64,000 nucleotides of DNA from Hypanus sabinus. Lineage: Eukaryota. Each line of letters starts with the position of its first letter. Position 1 is the stretch's first letter. A model generated the notes under the pieces. That model made no database searches, was not told the origin of the DNA, and saw only the letters and a program-made list of their open reading frames with translations. The translations under genes and the position numbers were made by a program. Shown here piece after piece: positions 37,673 through 50,829 of this stretch. The DNA is taken from the NCBI RefSeq assembly GCF_030144855.1, contig NC_082736.1:11346001-11410000 (forward strand). The letters are read 5' to 3'.

Positions 37673-38583
37673 CTGTAAAATGTTTGCAAAGAAGACCAAT
37701 AGGTGAAAGACAACATTTCAGCTGAGATTATTTAGTTTTTTCATTGATGTCTGATGTCACACTGTTACAGAGAGGCTGAACACAATTTGGTGGATCAACA
37801 CTTCTAACTGGGAATAGTTCAGGCATAAGGACACAACATCAGATTCTCTGTATTCCTCTCTGCCCTTCATCAAGCTGTGACTTGGCTCAGTTTGTCTCTC
37901 TCCATTAGTACAGCTTCACATTCCGGGTATCTCCCACAGACCTACTAAGAACACGCATTTGTTGGCATTTGTCAGTGGTAAAGTCAGAGTCAGCAATGCC
38001 ATTGAACCTGAAGAGAATGTGATCAGGCTTTCTCGTTGCAGACTGACACTGCGGTATTCTTGTGGTGTGAATGCTACTGGTACCCAGTATGTTATTGTGG
38101 ATTTTTACAATTAAAATGGCATGGGGCATTTTATGTTTAGGGACAACTGTAACAACTCATTTATTATCCTCCAAACACAGAAACAAAGCACGGTTTAAAA
38201 TTAAATGACATAATTACATCATAACATCTGTCCAGCCTTTTAAAGAGAAACACAACTCAATGTTGGTGGTTGTTAATTCTGCATGTTTCCACCCATTACA
38301 TTAATCTACACAGACACCCCTCCCCCCCAGTCCTCTCACTGCTCCCCCTCTGTGATTGTTATAGCAGTTTATTTCCTTTCAATGTCAGTTCTGTCCGTTT
38401 GACAACCTTCCTCACCACCCACAACTGCACCAACATTCATATCATCAGTGATCTGATCAGCCCGTGTGTATTTTAATCAGATCATACAGAGGCCCCATCA
38501 CTGATCACTGTGGACACACTGGTTACATAGCTACAGTCAAAATCATTTTCAATTCCATCAGTCCGAATGTTGCTACATGATAC

Positions 38584-39572
38584 TGTTACGTACCCCGAAA
38601 CTGGGTATCTTACCAGCAAAGAGAGAAGTGTCCGTTTGAGTCTGGTGATACTATTTTCAACAATATTTATTAGCAAAAATATACAAAATAATATCAATGC
38701 GAATATACGTTAACAATACTAAACCTAAAAGTGCAGGTAGAATAATAATCACTAGTGAAACAAGCTCCATCGTTGTCTAGGGGATAATGAATTGTCAGAT
38801 GGATATATAAAGTTCCGTTCAGTTCATGCAGGTTGTGGTAGTTGTTTGTCGCGGTGTTTCAATTGTTGAGACAGAGAGAGAAAACGTGGGAACAGTAACA
38901 GCTATTATCTTGCCAACCTTCCTTTATCATTTTGACCCGTCGATACGTTGTGGTTGTGGCCATTCACGTATGACCCCTCCGTCCTTCAGCTAGTCCATTC
39001 TTCCGTGGTGGACTCGTCACCCAGGCAAGGGTGGACAACACACAAGCCCCCACCAGTCTCGCTACAAAACACTGTGAGTTAAAAGTTACCAACCCTTCGT
39101 TTGGTCTCCGGTATCCCACCCTGTCTCGTGAGGTTCTGATGCTCATTAGCGTTTCTGCTGGTGTGTCTGAGGGGTGTTACCCCAGACCTCACTTTTATCC
39201 CCACTCACGGGGTTTCAGGTGTCAGTCAGGTTGGGATGATGTAACCCATCAAACCAGCCCACTCTGGTTGCCCCCTGAGGGGTTTCAATGAATAGAAATG
39301 TACCAAGTAAACAATCCTTCTCCACATGACAATAGTAGTAAATCAATGGCTTTTGTCAGTAGGAGACGTTCCATCTCAGCTGTGTCTCTCTCTCATTCTC
39401 TTTCATGAGCTGTTATCAATAACAACTGCTCTGGCAACTTTCCTTTATCTTTCTTACTTCCTTGATAACAGCATTGAAATAGTAGTGATCTGCGATTCTC
39501 CAAAAGGCGGGGGGGGGGGCATGGGCGATATTGCACCCTTCTGCTCATCAGAGTTGTTCGTCCTTCGTAACA
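38584..39572 (-). mobile_element. Solo LTR (Gypsy-like), 989 bp
   Basis: Termini TGTTACG..CGTAACA; 4-bp TSD ATAC at 38580-38583 and 39573-39576; strand inferred from TTTATT near the left end. Confidence 0.88.
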
Positions 39573-39753
39573 ATACAGATCATTCAAACCCTCCCACACA
39601 GAGACTCAAGGGAAGTTACATATTTATCACAAGCCCAGAGTTGGATTCAATGGTCTGGTATTGTTGCTCTGGATGCTCTGCTGCAAAGTCCATTCAGAGT
39701 AGTTCAATGTAACCAGATACATCATCCCTGAGGTACCAATATACAACATTGTG

Positions 39754-40212
39754 TCACAAACAAGAGAAAATCTGCAGTTGCTAGAAATCCAAGCAACACA
39801 CACAAAATGCTGAAGGAACTCAGCAGGCCAGGCAGCATCTGTAGGACAAAAAAATACAGTCAATGTTTCAGTCCAAAAACATTCGGCAAGACTGGAGACA
39901 AAAAAGATGAGGAGCAGAGTTAAAAGGTGGGGATAAGGGAGAGAGAAAACAAGGTGATGGGTGAATCTTGAAAGCGAGGAATGAAGTAAAGAGCTGGGAA
40001 GATTGCTGAAAGAGAGAGAAGGCCATGGAAGAAAGAAAAGAGGGGAGGAGCACACGGCAGAGGTGATGGGTGGGCAATGTGAGAGAAGAAAAAGGGGAGG
40101 GGAACTGGTAAGGGGGGCATTACCAGACATTCAAGAATTTGACGTTCATGCTATCAGTTTGGAAGCTACCCAGATAGAAAATGTTGTACTTCCAAGCTAA
40201 GTGTGGCCTCAT
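39754..40212 (-). repeat. Penelope-like element 3' part
   Basis: cacaaacaagagaaaatctgcag..gaactcagcaggccaggcagcatc tail plus GIY-YIG C-terminal remnant. Confidence 0.8.
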
Positions 40213-40343
40213 TGCATTGTATGATTTTTATTTAAGAAGCAAACTTGATCTAATCAGAGTTCTATAGTAAGACTGAATCTGAAAGAACTTAATACATTTA
40301 CACTGCATGAGAAATTGGATGATACAGTGTGAAGTCCAACTGC

Positions 40344-40506
40344 CACACTGTACCAGACAGTGACGGGTACAGAATGAATCCCGCACTCTCACACTGTACT
40401 AGAGAGTGACAGGTACTGAATGAACCCCACACTCTCACACTGTACCAGAGACTGACAGATACGGAATGAACCCCCACTTTCACACTCTACCAGAGACAGA
40501 TGGGTA
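40344..40506. repeat. 46-bp minisatellite, about 3.5 copies plus a degenerate upstream copy
   Basis: Unit cacactgtaccagasagtgacrggtacngaatgaaycccncactct starting at 40344, 40390, 40436 and 40481. Confidence 0.9.
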
Positions 40507-41001
40507 AAGACATTCTGTTGTTTAACAAACATGGACAACCCTCATTACCACCTCAGTAGCACCACTTTGACCACTTCATAATGCAATGGGCTCTTGTTGA
40601 AATTCTGCTACCTCTTTATAATTCTGTAGAGTATGTTTTTATTTTGTAAATGTTGTGTCTCCAATACTGTGTGTCTTTGAATCTGCTGTAAGCCAGTTGT
40701 ATATAACAATAAACAACTTTCACCCTCACTCTGAAATGGGTCTCTCATGATGACTTTCGATTTCCTGCTGCCATGTTTCATTACATAAATGTTTCATACT
40801 TTCAAGTGTGTGTTTTTCTCATACCATCTGCTTTTCTATCAGATACGATAGGTTGAATGGCCGAATACTGCGCCTGTACTTTATGATCCATTTTGTATTT
40901 TCGATTTCCTTCCTGCCGAATTACCCAACAGCGGCAACTCCCAGCGATCAGCGCCAGTTCCCAGTCCACGGTGTTACCCAAATGGGCAGTGGAGAGAGAC
41001 A

Positions 41002-41244
41002 AAGCAGGTTCACCCCGATACTGGCATCTCCTCCAAGGCCATAAGCATCATGAACTCGCTCGTGAACAATATCTTCGAGCGTATCGCGGGTGAGGCTTCC
41101 CGCCTGGCCCATTACAACAAGTGGTCAACCATCACTTCCCGGGAGATCCAGACCGCTGTGCGCCTGCTGCTGCTCGGGGATCTGGCCAAACACGCCATGT
41201 CCAAAGGGACAAAGGCAGTGACCAAGTACACCAGCTCCAAGTAA
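41002..41244 (+). pseudogene. H2B: 5'-truncated histone H2B pseudogene
   Basis: Begins abruptly at KQVHPDTG; substitutions M>I, F>L, D>N, R>W, P>L, E>D, V>M, E>K; stem-loop GGCTCTTTTAAGAGCC 41276-41291 and a purine-rich HDE retained. Confidence 0.93.
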
Positions 41245-41714
41245 AGCTCCCCAGTGAGATGATCGAAAACACAACGGCTCTTTTAAGAGCCACTCACAAT
41301 TTCAATGGGAGAGTTGTACTACCATTTAGGTAATAAATTATACATATTTTATGTCTGGTAACTTTTACAAGAGCTAAGTCACAGTTGGAATAAACTCCCA
41401 CTGCACTGAAAAGGAATCGTTACCTCCCCCTCCCCATCAGTCCGTCCCACTCTGTATCCACACCACGCAGAGGATTGCTACCATTGTTGTTTTATTTCTG
41501 GCTTCAGGAGTTTATTGGTTGCAGTTGGGTAACACCCGAATCTAATTTTAACACAAGCCTAAAAGATCTCATGACTCTTTCATAGAAAAACTTTTTAAAA
41601 TTGCAGACTAGACGCTGGTCACAATTTGAGAAGCGCCATTTGTCTATAACCTGATAATGTTCACACAGTGACCGACTGTGGGCAGAAGCTGAGGGTCAGT
41701 TTTTTTTCGGTTCA

Positions 41715-42252
41715 TGGAAACATAGAAAATAGGTGCAGGAGTAGGCCATTCGGCCCTTGAGCCTGTACTGCCATTCAATATGATCATAGCTGATCATCCA
41801 ACTCAGAACCCCGTCCCTGCTTTCTCTCCATATCTCCTGACCCCTTTATCCACAAGGGCAATATCTAACTCCCTCTGAAAGATAGCCAATAAACCAGCCT
41901 CAACTGTTTCCTGTGGTAGAGAATTGCACAGAACCACCACTCTCTGTTTGAAGAAGTTTCTCCTCATCTCGGTCCTAAATGGCTTCCTCTTTATTCATAA
42001 ACTCTGACCCCTTGTTCTGTACTTCCCCAACACCGGGAACCATCTTCCTGTCCAATCCCTTTAGAATTTTATACGTTTCAATAAGATCCCCCCTCAATCT
42101 TCTAAATTCCAGCGAGTATAAGCCCAGTCGATCCAGTCTTCCTTCAAATGAAAGTCCTGCCATCCCAGGAATCAATCTGGTGAACCTTCTTTGTACTCCC
42201 TCTAGGGCAAGAATGTCTTTCCTCAGATTAGGGGACCAAAACTGCACACAGT
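41715..42252 (-). repeat. CR1 3' end (ORF2 C-terminus + 3' UTR)
   Basis: [28 protein letters not shown]..; catagaaa tail. Confidence 0.9.
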
Positions 42253-42476
42253 TTTGAAAGGGTTGAAAGGAATTAGAGAATTGAGTTCCCAGACACTTGG
42301 GTCCTGTTTCAGTAACAGAGGGAAATGCGAAATCCCAATCTTAAAACCGATCTGGAATTATTTCATTTCAAATTATATTTAAATAATAGTTTGATTTTTG
42401 GCGGGCTTTTTCCAAATTTCAGTGCACTTTGGGGAGGAGACGTTTCCTATGCGCGCTTCTGCTTTTAAAGACTGCT

Positions 42477-42587
42477 GATTGGTGATTAAGGCAGTTCTTC
42501 GATTGGGACGTTTCTCTTCACTAATGAGAATAAGCAGGATCACACCAATCACAAACATCAGATTCTATTCTCAAAGAAGGTATAAAA
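42477..42587 (+). promoter_or_regulatory. H2A promoter: CCAAT boxes and TATA box
   Basis: GATTGG at 42477 and 42501; CCAAT 42545; TATAAAA 42581-42587. Confidence 0.8.
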
Positions 42588-42609
42588 AGGGCGAGTTGGG
42601 GTGGGGTGA

Positions 42610-43041
<432 letters not shown>

Positions 43042-43071
43042 AGCGACGTAAGCTGAATCTATTTACCCAAA

Positions 43072-43112
43072 GGCTCTTTTCAGAGCCGCTCACAATGTCC
43101 ATGAAAGGGCTG
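43072..43112 (+). terminator. Histone 3' stem-loop and HDE
   Basis: GGCTCTTTTCAGAGCC 43072-43087; GAAAGGGCTG ~43103-43112. Confidence 0.93.
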
Positions 43113-43388
43113 AGCAGCGGGTGATTTCCATCCGTTTGATATTCTGTATCTGTCACAGCCTCGACATGTTTCTTCCGGAAGGTAAACCGATATAAGTCTG
43201 CACAAAAACCGGTTCGCTTCAGTCCCGACTCATTTTCTCCCCTCAGCCGGCTGAATGGAGTTCACTCCCTTTGCAGAGTGTCAGCGGATCACTGGGCGCA
43301 GGGTCGTGAAATAACCTTTCGGAGTCAGCCCCGGGAGGGTGAATTTAATCTCCGACCTCTGAACGACTCCGCTCTTGATCACCTAAAA

Positions 43389-45114
43389 CCACGTTATCTG
43401 GCTAGTTCGGGTTTGTTGATGTACACTGAACGTATGCGTCTCACCTGGTCGCGTGATTCTTTCCCCAGCCATTTCGCCATAAGGTCCAACCTTTGGGTTG
43501 CACTGAGCTGGACTCCGTCGATCGCGTTGGTGAATGTGGAGTACCATGCACGGTAATTTTCAGGTTTATCGTCAAACTGGTACAGTCCCAAAGTGACGAG
43601 ATCCCGTCGTGCTAAATACTGCATCATGGGATCGGCTGTAAGCGGCATGCGGGCTGGAGAAGTACGTTGGCGTCTATATGACTGAGAGCCTACGTTTCTT
43701 ATGGAATTTGCCATCCTGGATTCGACCTCCGCGTCTCTTCGCATCAAACTTTGTAAGTTTGGTGTCAAGAAGTATCGGTTGTCAGCTCTTTCATTCTTGA
43801 ATTCATCACGGAGTCGCGAGGGTAAATTTTCTTCCTCGTATGGATGTGATGCAATCGTGACTCTCTGAGGTTCCTCGTAGCTGGGGAAGTTATCGAATAT
43901 GTATGGAGAGGGGAGACGAGCCTGCCTGTCTATTTGAGATTGTACATAGTCGCTTGTGCGTTCCAGTCTGGTCCTTTCTAAAGTAGATCTTACTTCGGTC
44001 AGATCACGCGACCCTTCAGCTTCTTCTATGTACTCTGCTTCCGCCATGGCAGCTTCTTCTTCTCTTTCTAGCTGCAGCACTTGCAACTCTGTCAATATTT
44101 TTGCCATTTCCAACAGGGTTTCGGCTTCTCTGGCGGCCTCTGCTCTTTGTCTGGCGGCCCTTTCGGCTTCTCTGTCGGCCTCTGCTCTTTGTCTGGCGGC
44201 CCTTTCGGCTTCTCTGGCAGCCTTTTCTTTCTGGATTTTGGCTTCTCTGGTGGCCTGTTTCAGTTTCAAAACTGCTTCTTGTCTGGCGTAAGGCAGTCGC
44301 ACCTTGGCGGCTTCTGCCTTGGCTCTTGCCTGGGTGGACTTACTTGATGTCGCTCTACTGCCCTTGTCGCTGGGCGGCGTCGACTTGATCCCGGATCGAG
44401 CTGACATTGCAGCACTTGAAACACCTGATAATGCCGCTTTTTCACTGTAACGTTCTCCTTCGCGTGTACTAATAACGCCAAATTCAACGTCGAGATCAAC
44501 CAGTCAATGAGACCAGATCGCAGTAAGAATAACCATTTACTGTTCACTCTTCACATTAACATATGGTGAAAACTGTTGATAAAACAATACAAGATTGATA
44601 CAGTATTTGTTCCTTCCTTAATATCACATTTCAATTGTAAATACTTGTAAAGGTGACTATAACTACATTACACTAAGGTGCAGTATACAGGGAGAGTTTA
44701 CCTGCTCCATTGACTACTTTAAATACACTTCCATGCAAACTATCCGCAACTCTTTAACTAACGAAAGCATAAACATTATCGACCGTCGTTACTTCTAACA
44801 GGATCGGCATTAACATCTTAGTTCAATATATCGATTATCTATTAACTTACAGCGTTGCTCTCACTGTGATTTCTCATGCCTGCAAAACAACTTCTGCTCA
44901 GGTGTGCCTCGTGGTGAGCCCCCACCCTCGCGTTAATTTCAAACCGGTACTTTCCCACAAGACGCGGCGAAACCGGATGTGATGTAATCGCATGCCGATA
45001 TATTTTACATGCAATGAATATACTTTAAACACTTCTAATTCTAACTAGAAAATACTATCGAATGAATTACTAAGCAAAAATATTATAAACTAAATGACTG
45101 TCGTAAAGACAGCA
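43389..45114 (-). mobile_element. BEL/Pao LTR retrotransposon, 5' LTR plus truncated gag
   Basis: LTR 44446-45114 (TG..CA on the minus strand); 337-aa ORF 43394-44407 with coiled-coil region and LARRDL..GL.QFDD.PENY.AW..F.NAI (DUF1759-like BEL gag); pol and 3' LTR absent. Confidence 0.88.
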
Positions 45115-46983
45115 AAAACGGTATCAATTGAAAAAAAAACTCGTCCTCCACAGCCTCTGAATATAAATGAACAGTTTGCGAAAGCAACGGTCAGTTTGGT
45201 CAGATCTCCCGAGAGGCTCCCTGTGTGAGGATGTCTGAGATCAGACTTTGGTTTGTGCAGGGTGGATGGATCGAGTTCTTCAGCACCGTAGTACCAGTCA
45301 CTTCTCTACAAATTCCTGAGTCTGTCTAATACTTCCCTGAATACCCCTGTGCTCTCTGCCTCTGCCACCACACCTGACAGTGCAATCCAAATCCCCACCA
45401 CTGCTTTCTTCACATTCTTCCTCCGATCTTAAATACATGTTTTCTTCTAGAAGACATTTCACCCCTGCGAAAAATATTAGACTGTCCTTGTAAATGTCAC
45501 CTCTGGAGCAGAAGAGGTTCCAATGATCCAGAATCCTGAAACACTTTCCCTGCACCAGCTCCTCAGTCACTCACCAGCACTCCAGCCGTCCCAGTCAACA
45601 TGATGTAATTTGTAATGACCCTCTATTACAACCCTATTGAGTCCTCTATTCCTGCTGACTGTTTGATGTCCTATAATACAATCCATGAGAGAATTCATTC
45701 CCCTGTGCTCTCTGCCACCACCCCTGACAGTGCATTCTGTCCCCATTTCTCTCTTTCCTTCACTTTCTTCCTCTGACCTTAAACACATGCCTTCTAGTAG
45801 AAGACATTTCACTCCTGTGAAAAATATTACTGGCTGTCTACACTAACTATGACAAGCAGGCTTTTATAATCTTCTATAAAATTTCTTCTGAGCCAATGCC
45901 ATCAGATGAAAAGGTTCCAGCATGTCCACCCTCTCCTCACCACACACCTCCTCCAGACATCCTGGTAAACCCTGTCTGCCCCTGCTCCTGAACCTCCACA
46001 TGCTTCCACATACAGTGTTCAGTACACTGTACTCTCACTGTGGCCTAGCCAGCATTTTGTAAACCTGTAACATTATATCCTGGTGTTTGAACTCAATGCC
46101 TTGTCTGATGAAGGCAAACATGCCATACACCGACTTTTCCTCCCTGTCAACCTGTGCTCACAGTCAATCTCAACATCCTTCTCTTTGCCAATACTATTCA
46201 TGTTCCTACAATTAACTGTGTACCCACCCTTAATGTTGGATCTCCCAAAATGCACCCCTGGGCATCCTTTTCAGCAGAATGAATGTCAGAATGCAATAGG
46301 ATTATCATTAATTCTACTCGCCAGAGATTTTTCATCATTGTTTCTAGCTCTCGAAATGTTCTTGAGTTCCCTTCTGTTTTTTAAATATAGTCCTCAAACA
46401 CCCTGGTTGATTCCAGCTTCCTAAGCCTTACATATGCTTCTCACTCTTCACTGACAAAATGTGCTTCCTCTCTCATCATCCAAGGTTCCTGAACCTTGTC
46501 ATCCTTGACCCTCCCTCTTACTGGAACAAACTGGCCCTGAAACACTGTGCAGCTGATCTTTAAACAAAATCATGTCAGATGTGTATTTGTCTCAAAATCA
46601 ATCCTTACAGTGCTAAGCATTAAATTTAGCTTCAATCTCTCCATTCAGTGACTGGTGTTCTGGTTCACATCCCCGTCAATCTAATTTCAACCCTCTCAGG
46701 GAGCAGCAATAAACCTCATGATACAGACCCCCCTCCAGTGAAGGTGCAAACCATCCCTCTTGTAAATGTCACCTCTGCACCAGAAGAGGTTCCAATGTTC
46801 TGGAATCCTGAAACCCTGTCCCTGGACCAGCACCTCAGCCACACATTCATCTGCTCTAACTTTCTGTCCCTAACACCACTACCACACAGCATGGGGAGTA
46901 ACCGGGTGATTACAACCTTTCAGGTCCTGCCCGTCAACTTGTTCCCTGACTCTCTATATTCACTGTAGGATCCCATCCCTTTT

Positions 46984-47620
46984 CAGGGCCCCAGATAGTC
47001 CTTCCAGGTGAGGAAACACTTCACCTGCGAGTCTGCTGGAGTTGTCTATTGCATCCGGTGCTCCCGGTGCAGCCTCGTCTACATCAGCGACACCCAACGC
47101 AGATTGGGGAACAGCTTCGTCGAACAGATCAGCTCCACCCATCACAATAGACAGGACCTCCCGATTGCCACCCACTTCAACTCTGCCTCTCATTCACATC
47201 TAGATATGTCCATACATGGCCTCCGCTACTACCATGATGAGGCCCAACTCAGGTTGGAAGACCAACACCTTATCTAACTGTCTGGGTAGCCTCCAGCCTG
47301 GTGGTATGAACATTGAATTCTCCAATTTCCCCCTCCCCCTATCCCAGGTCGCTCTCTGCCTCTCTCCCCTTTCTACTTTCTGCTCCTTTATCTCTACTTT
47401 CTGCTTTATACATTCCTTTCTGCTTATCCCCTCCCCCCTTTATCTTTCCTCTGATTGGTTTTCCTCCTGGCTCCTCTGGGTCCTAACCCCTCCCCTATCT
47501 CTATTACTGGGCTTCGGCCCTCTCTTCCCCCCATTCCTGATGAAGGGTTTCGGCCCGAAATGTTGGCTACTCTTTTCTCACAGATGCTGCCTGACCTGCT
47601 GAGTTATTCCAGCGTTGTGT
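46984..47620 (+). mobile_element. Penelope-like element: GIY-YIG endonuclease region + tail
   Basis: RKHFTCESAGVVYCIRCSRCSLVYISDTQRRLG..DLPIATHFNS..GSLQPGGMNIEFSNF. Confidence 0.88.
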
Positions 47621-47777
47621 ACATATTCTCTCATCCCTTTTCTACCTGTCCACTGGTACCGACGTGAACCACCACCTCTGGCTGAATGAACATTGCTCAG
47701 CAGCTGCTCTGAGACGTCCCTGACACTCAGTTATACAATTTACAAAACTTTTTGAAACCATCTATAAAAGTGTTTAG

Positions 47778-49418
47778 GAGAGGAAAAAGATCAAACAAGA
47801 AGGTAAGCTAGCCATTAATATTAAAGAGGATACCAAAAGTTACTTCAGATATACAAAGTGTAAATGAGAGGCAAAAGTCAATATTAGTACTTTCGAAGAT
47901 GATGCTGAAGAGGTAGTAATGGGGTACAGGGCAGTGGCAAAGAAGCTGAATAAGTATTGTGCTTCAATCTTCACTGGAGAAGACAATAGCAGTCTGCTGG
48001 AAATTCAGGAGAATCAGGGGGCAGAAATGAGTGAATTAGCCTTTACTGAAATATCTGAAGGTAGATAAATCAGCTGGACCAGATTTTCTACACCAATGCT
48101 ATGAAAGAGGTGACTGATGAGATTAGTAATAATCTTTCCATAATCCCTGGATTCTGGCGTGGTTTCGGAGAACAGGAAAATTGCAAACATCATTCTACTC
48201 TTGAAGAAGGGAGGAGGGCAGAAGAAAGGAGGCCAGTTAGTATGACGTCAGTGGTTGAGAAGATGATGGACTCAATTGTTAAGGATGTATTTTCGGGCTA
48301 CTTGGCAACACATGATAAAATAGGACAAAGTCAGCATGGTTTCCTTTAGGGGATATCCTGCTTCTTGAGTGTGTTGAAATTCCTTGAAGAAATAAGCAGG
48401 ATAGACAAAGAGAATCAATGGATGGGTGTGTGTTATGCAATTGGATTTTTAGAAGGCCTTTGACAAGGTGCCACACATGAGGCTGCTAAAATTAAGAGCC
48501 TATGACACAGGAAAGATATGAGCATGGATTAAGACTTGGCTGATTGGCAGGAAGCAAAGAGTGGCATAAAGGAAGACTTTTCTGGTTGACTACAATGACT
48601 AATGGCATTTTTTTGGGATCACTTCTTTTAAAGTTACAGTATATATCAATGATTTGGATGACAGAAATGATGGCTTTCTGACCATTTGTATATTAAAATA
48701 GGTAGCAGGAAGCAGAAAGGCTACAGAGAGGCTTAGACAGATTGTGAGAATGGGCAAACATATGGCAGGTGGAATAACATGTCGAGAAGTTTATGGTCAA
48801 GGACACTGGTAGAAAAATTGAAAGAATAGACAATTGCTCTAAAAGGAGAGAAACATCAAAATCTGACATGTAAAGGAACTTTGGAGTAGAGGAGGTTCCT
48901 GAAGGTTCATTTGTACTGTGAGCAATTCTGGGCCACTTATCGAAGAAAGGTGTACTGACATTGGAGAGGGTTCAGAGGAGATTCACGAGAATGATTCCAA
49001 GATTGAAGGTTTATCATATGACGACCATTTGATTGTGCAGGGCCAGACTGACTGGAATTCATAAGAATGAGAGGGGATTTCATTGAAACCTACCGAATGT
49101 TGAAAGGACTCGGTAGAGTGGATAGGGAGAGGATAGAGGGGGAATCTAGGAACAGAGGGCACAGACTCTGAGTCTAAATGGAGATGAGGAGGAATTTGTT
49201 TAGCCAGACTGTGGCTCAACCATGGAATTTATTGCCAGAGGCCATCATTGGGTATAATTAAGGTAGAGGTTGATACATTCTTGATTTGTCAGGGCATGGT
49301 GGGTTAAGGGGAGGTCAGGATATTGGGGCTGAGAGGGAAATGGATCAGCCATGATGAAGTAAAAGAGCAGACACAATGGGCCAAAGGGCCTAACTCTGCT
49401 CCTATATTTAATGGTTTT
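47778..49418 (+). mobile_element. Degenerate CR1 ORF2 + 3' UTR
   Basis: RPVSMTSVVEKM, QSQHGF and aaggcctttgacaaggtgccacac RT motifs; 3' tail at ~49380-49418. Confidence 0.85.
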
Positions 49419-49892
49419 ACAACAAAAAGGCTCCATCCCGGACAAAATCTTGGTAAACCTGCTCTACAGTGTTCCTGCTTCCTGCAATTGACATGGGATG
49501 GGGACCAGAGACCCAGTTCACTCATTACAGTCATCATGTTCTTTCTGCAGTGTGTCGACCAGACCTGCAGACAGGACTCCAGCAGTGTGGGAACCCACAT
49601 GTTATCAACCTGGTGCCTAAAACCTCTTTGTTAATCTATTATCTCTTTATTTTCTGCCATTAACACCCGCACCATCCCCAAAACTCACTGTGGTTTACAG
49701 ATGTAGTTTCACTTCACAGCAATAAGTCTGTTCATATTAAATATCTCAGTGTTAGTTGTCAAATCTCTCTAGCTTTATATTTCACAAATTGCTGGAGGAA
49801 TCAGCAGGTCAGGTAGCATCTATGGGGAAAAGAGTACAGTCGACTTTTCGAGCCAAGACCCTTCAGCAGTCCTGCTTTTCTTTCCCATACAT

Positions 49893-50590
49893 CGTGACCC
49901 CTGTTTCCATCCAAGGGGTCAGTGTGGACATGGTGGAGGATTACAAATACTTGGGGATATGAATTGACAATAAACTGGACTGGTCAAAGTACACTGAGGT
50001 TGTCTACAAGAAGGGTCAGAGCTGTCTCTACTTCCTGAGGAGACCGAGGTCCTTTAACATCTACCAGATGATGCTGAAGATGTTCTACAAGTCTGTGGTG
50101 GCCCGTGCAATCATGTTTGCTGTTGTGTGCTGGGGCAGCAGGCTGAGGGTAGCAGACACCAACAAAATTAACAAACTCATTCGTATGGCAAGTGATGTTG
50201 TGGGGGGTGCAACTGGACTTTCTGACAGTGGTGTCTGAAAAGAGGATGCTGTCCAAGTTGCATGCCATCTTGAACAAAGTCTCCCATCCACTTCATAATG
50301 TACTGGTTAGGCACAGGAGTACGTTCAGCCAGAGACTCATTCCACCAAGATGCAACACTGAGCATCATAGGAAGTCATTCCTGCCTGTGGCCATCAAACT
50401 TTACAACTCCTGCCTTGGAGTGTCAGACACCCTGAGCCAATTGGCTGGTCCTTGACTTATTTCCACTTGGAATAATTTACTTATTATTATTTAATTATGG
50501 TTTTATATTGCTATATTTCTACACTATTCTTGGTTGTTGCGACTGTAAGGAAACCCAATTTGCCTCGGGATCGATGAAGTATGTCTGTCT
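49893..50590 (+). mobile_element. Rex1/Babar-like LINE 3' end
   Basis: VEDYKYLGI..KKGQS.LYFLRR.RSFNI..SFLPVAIKLYN. Confidence 0.85.
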
Positions 50591-50829
50591 GCCTGGCCTG
50601 CTGAGTTCCTCCAGCATTTTCTGTGTGTAGTTTGGATTTCCAGCATCTGCAGACTCTCTCTTGTTTGTAGATTTATATCTCGCTCTCTTTCTTTTTTCGT
50701 ACATCTTTATTGTTTTCCTTTACAGTAAGTTCTTTTCCCCTTTCCCAGTTATAGATTTAACACTGAAATGTCTCGCCGTGCAGTCACTGTCCGCTGTTGC
50801 TCCTGTGATTGACAAGTACATTGCTCCTC

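Noticed and set aside
40344-40506. Regularly spaced repeats as a possible CRISPR array
   Set aside because: Head-to-tail units without unique spacers, no cas genes, vertebrate context
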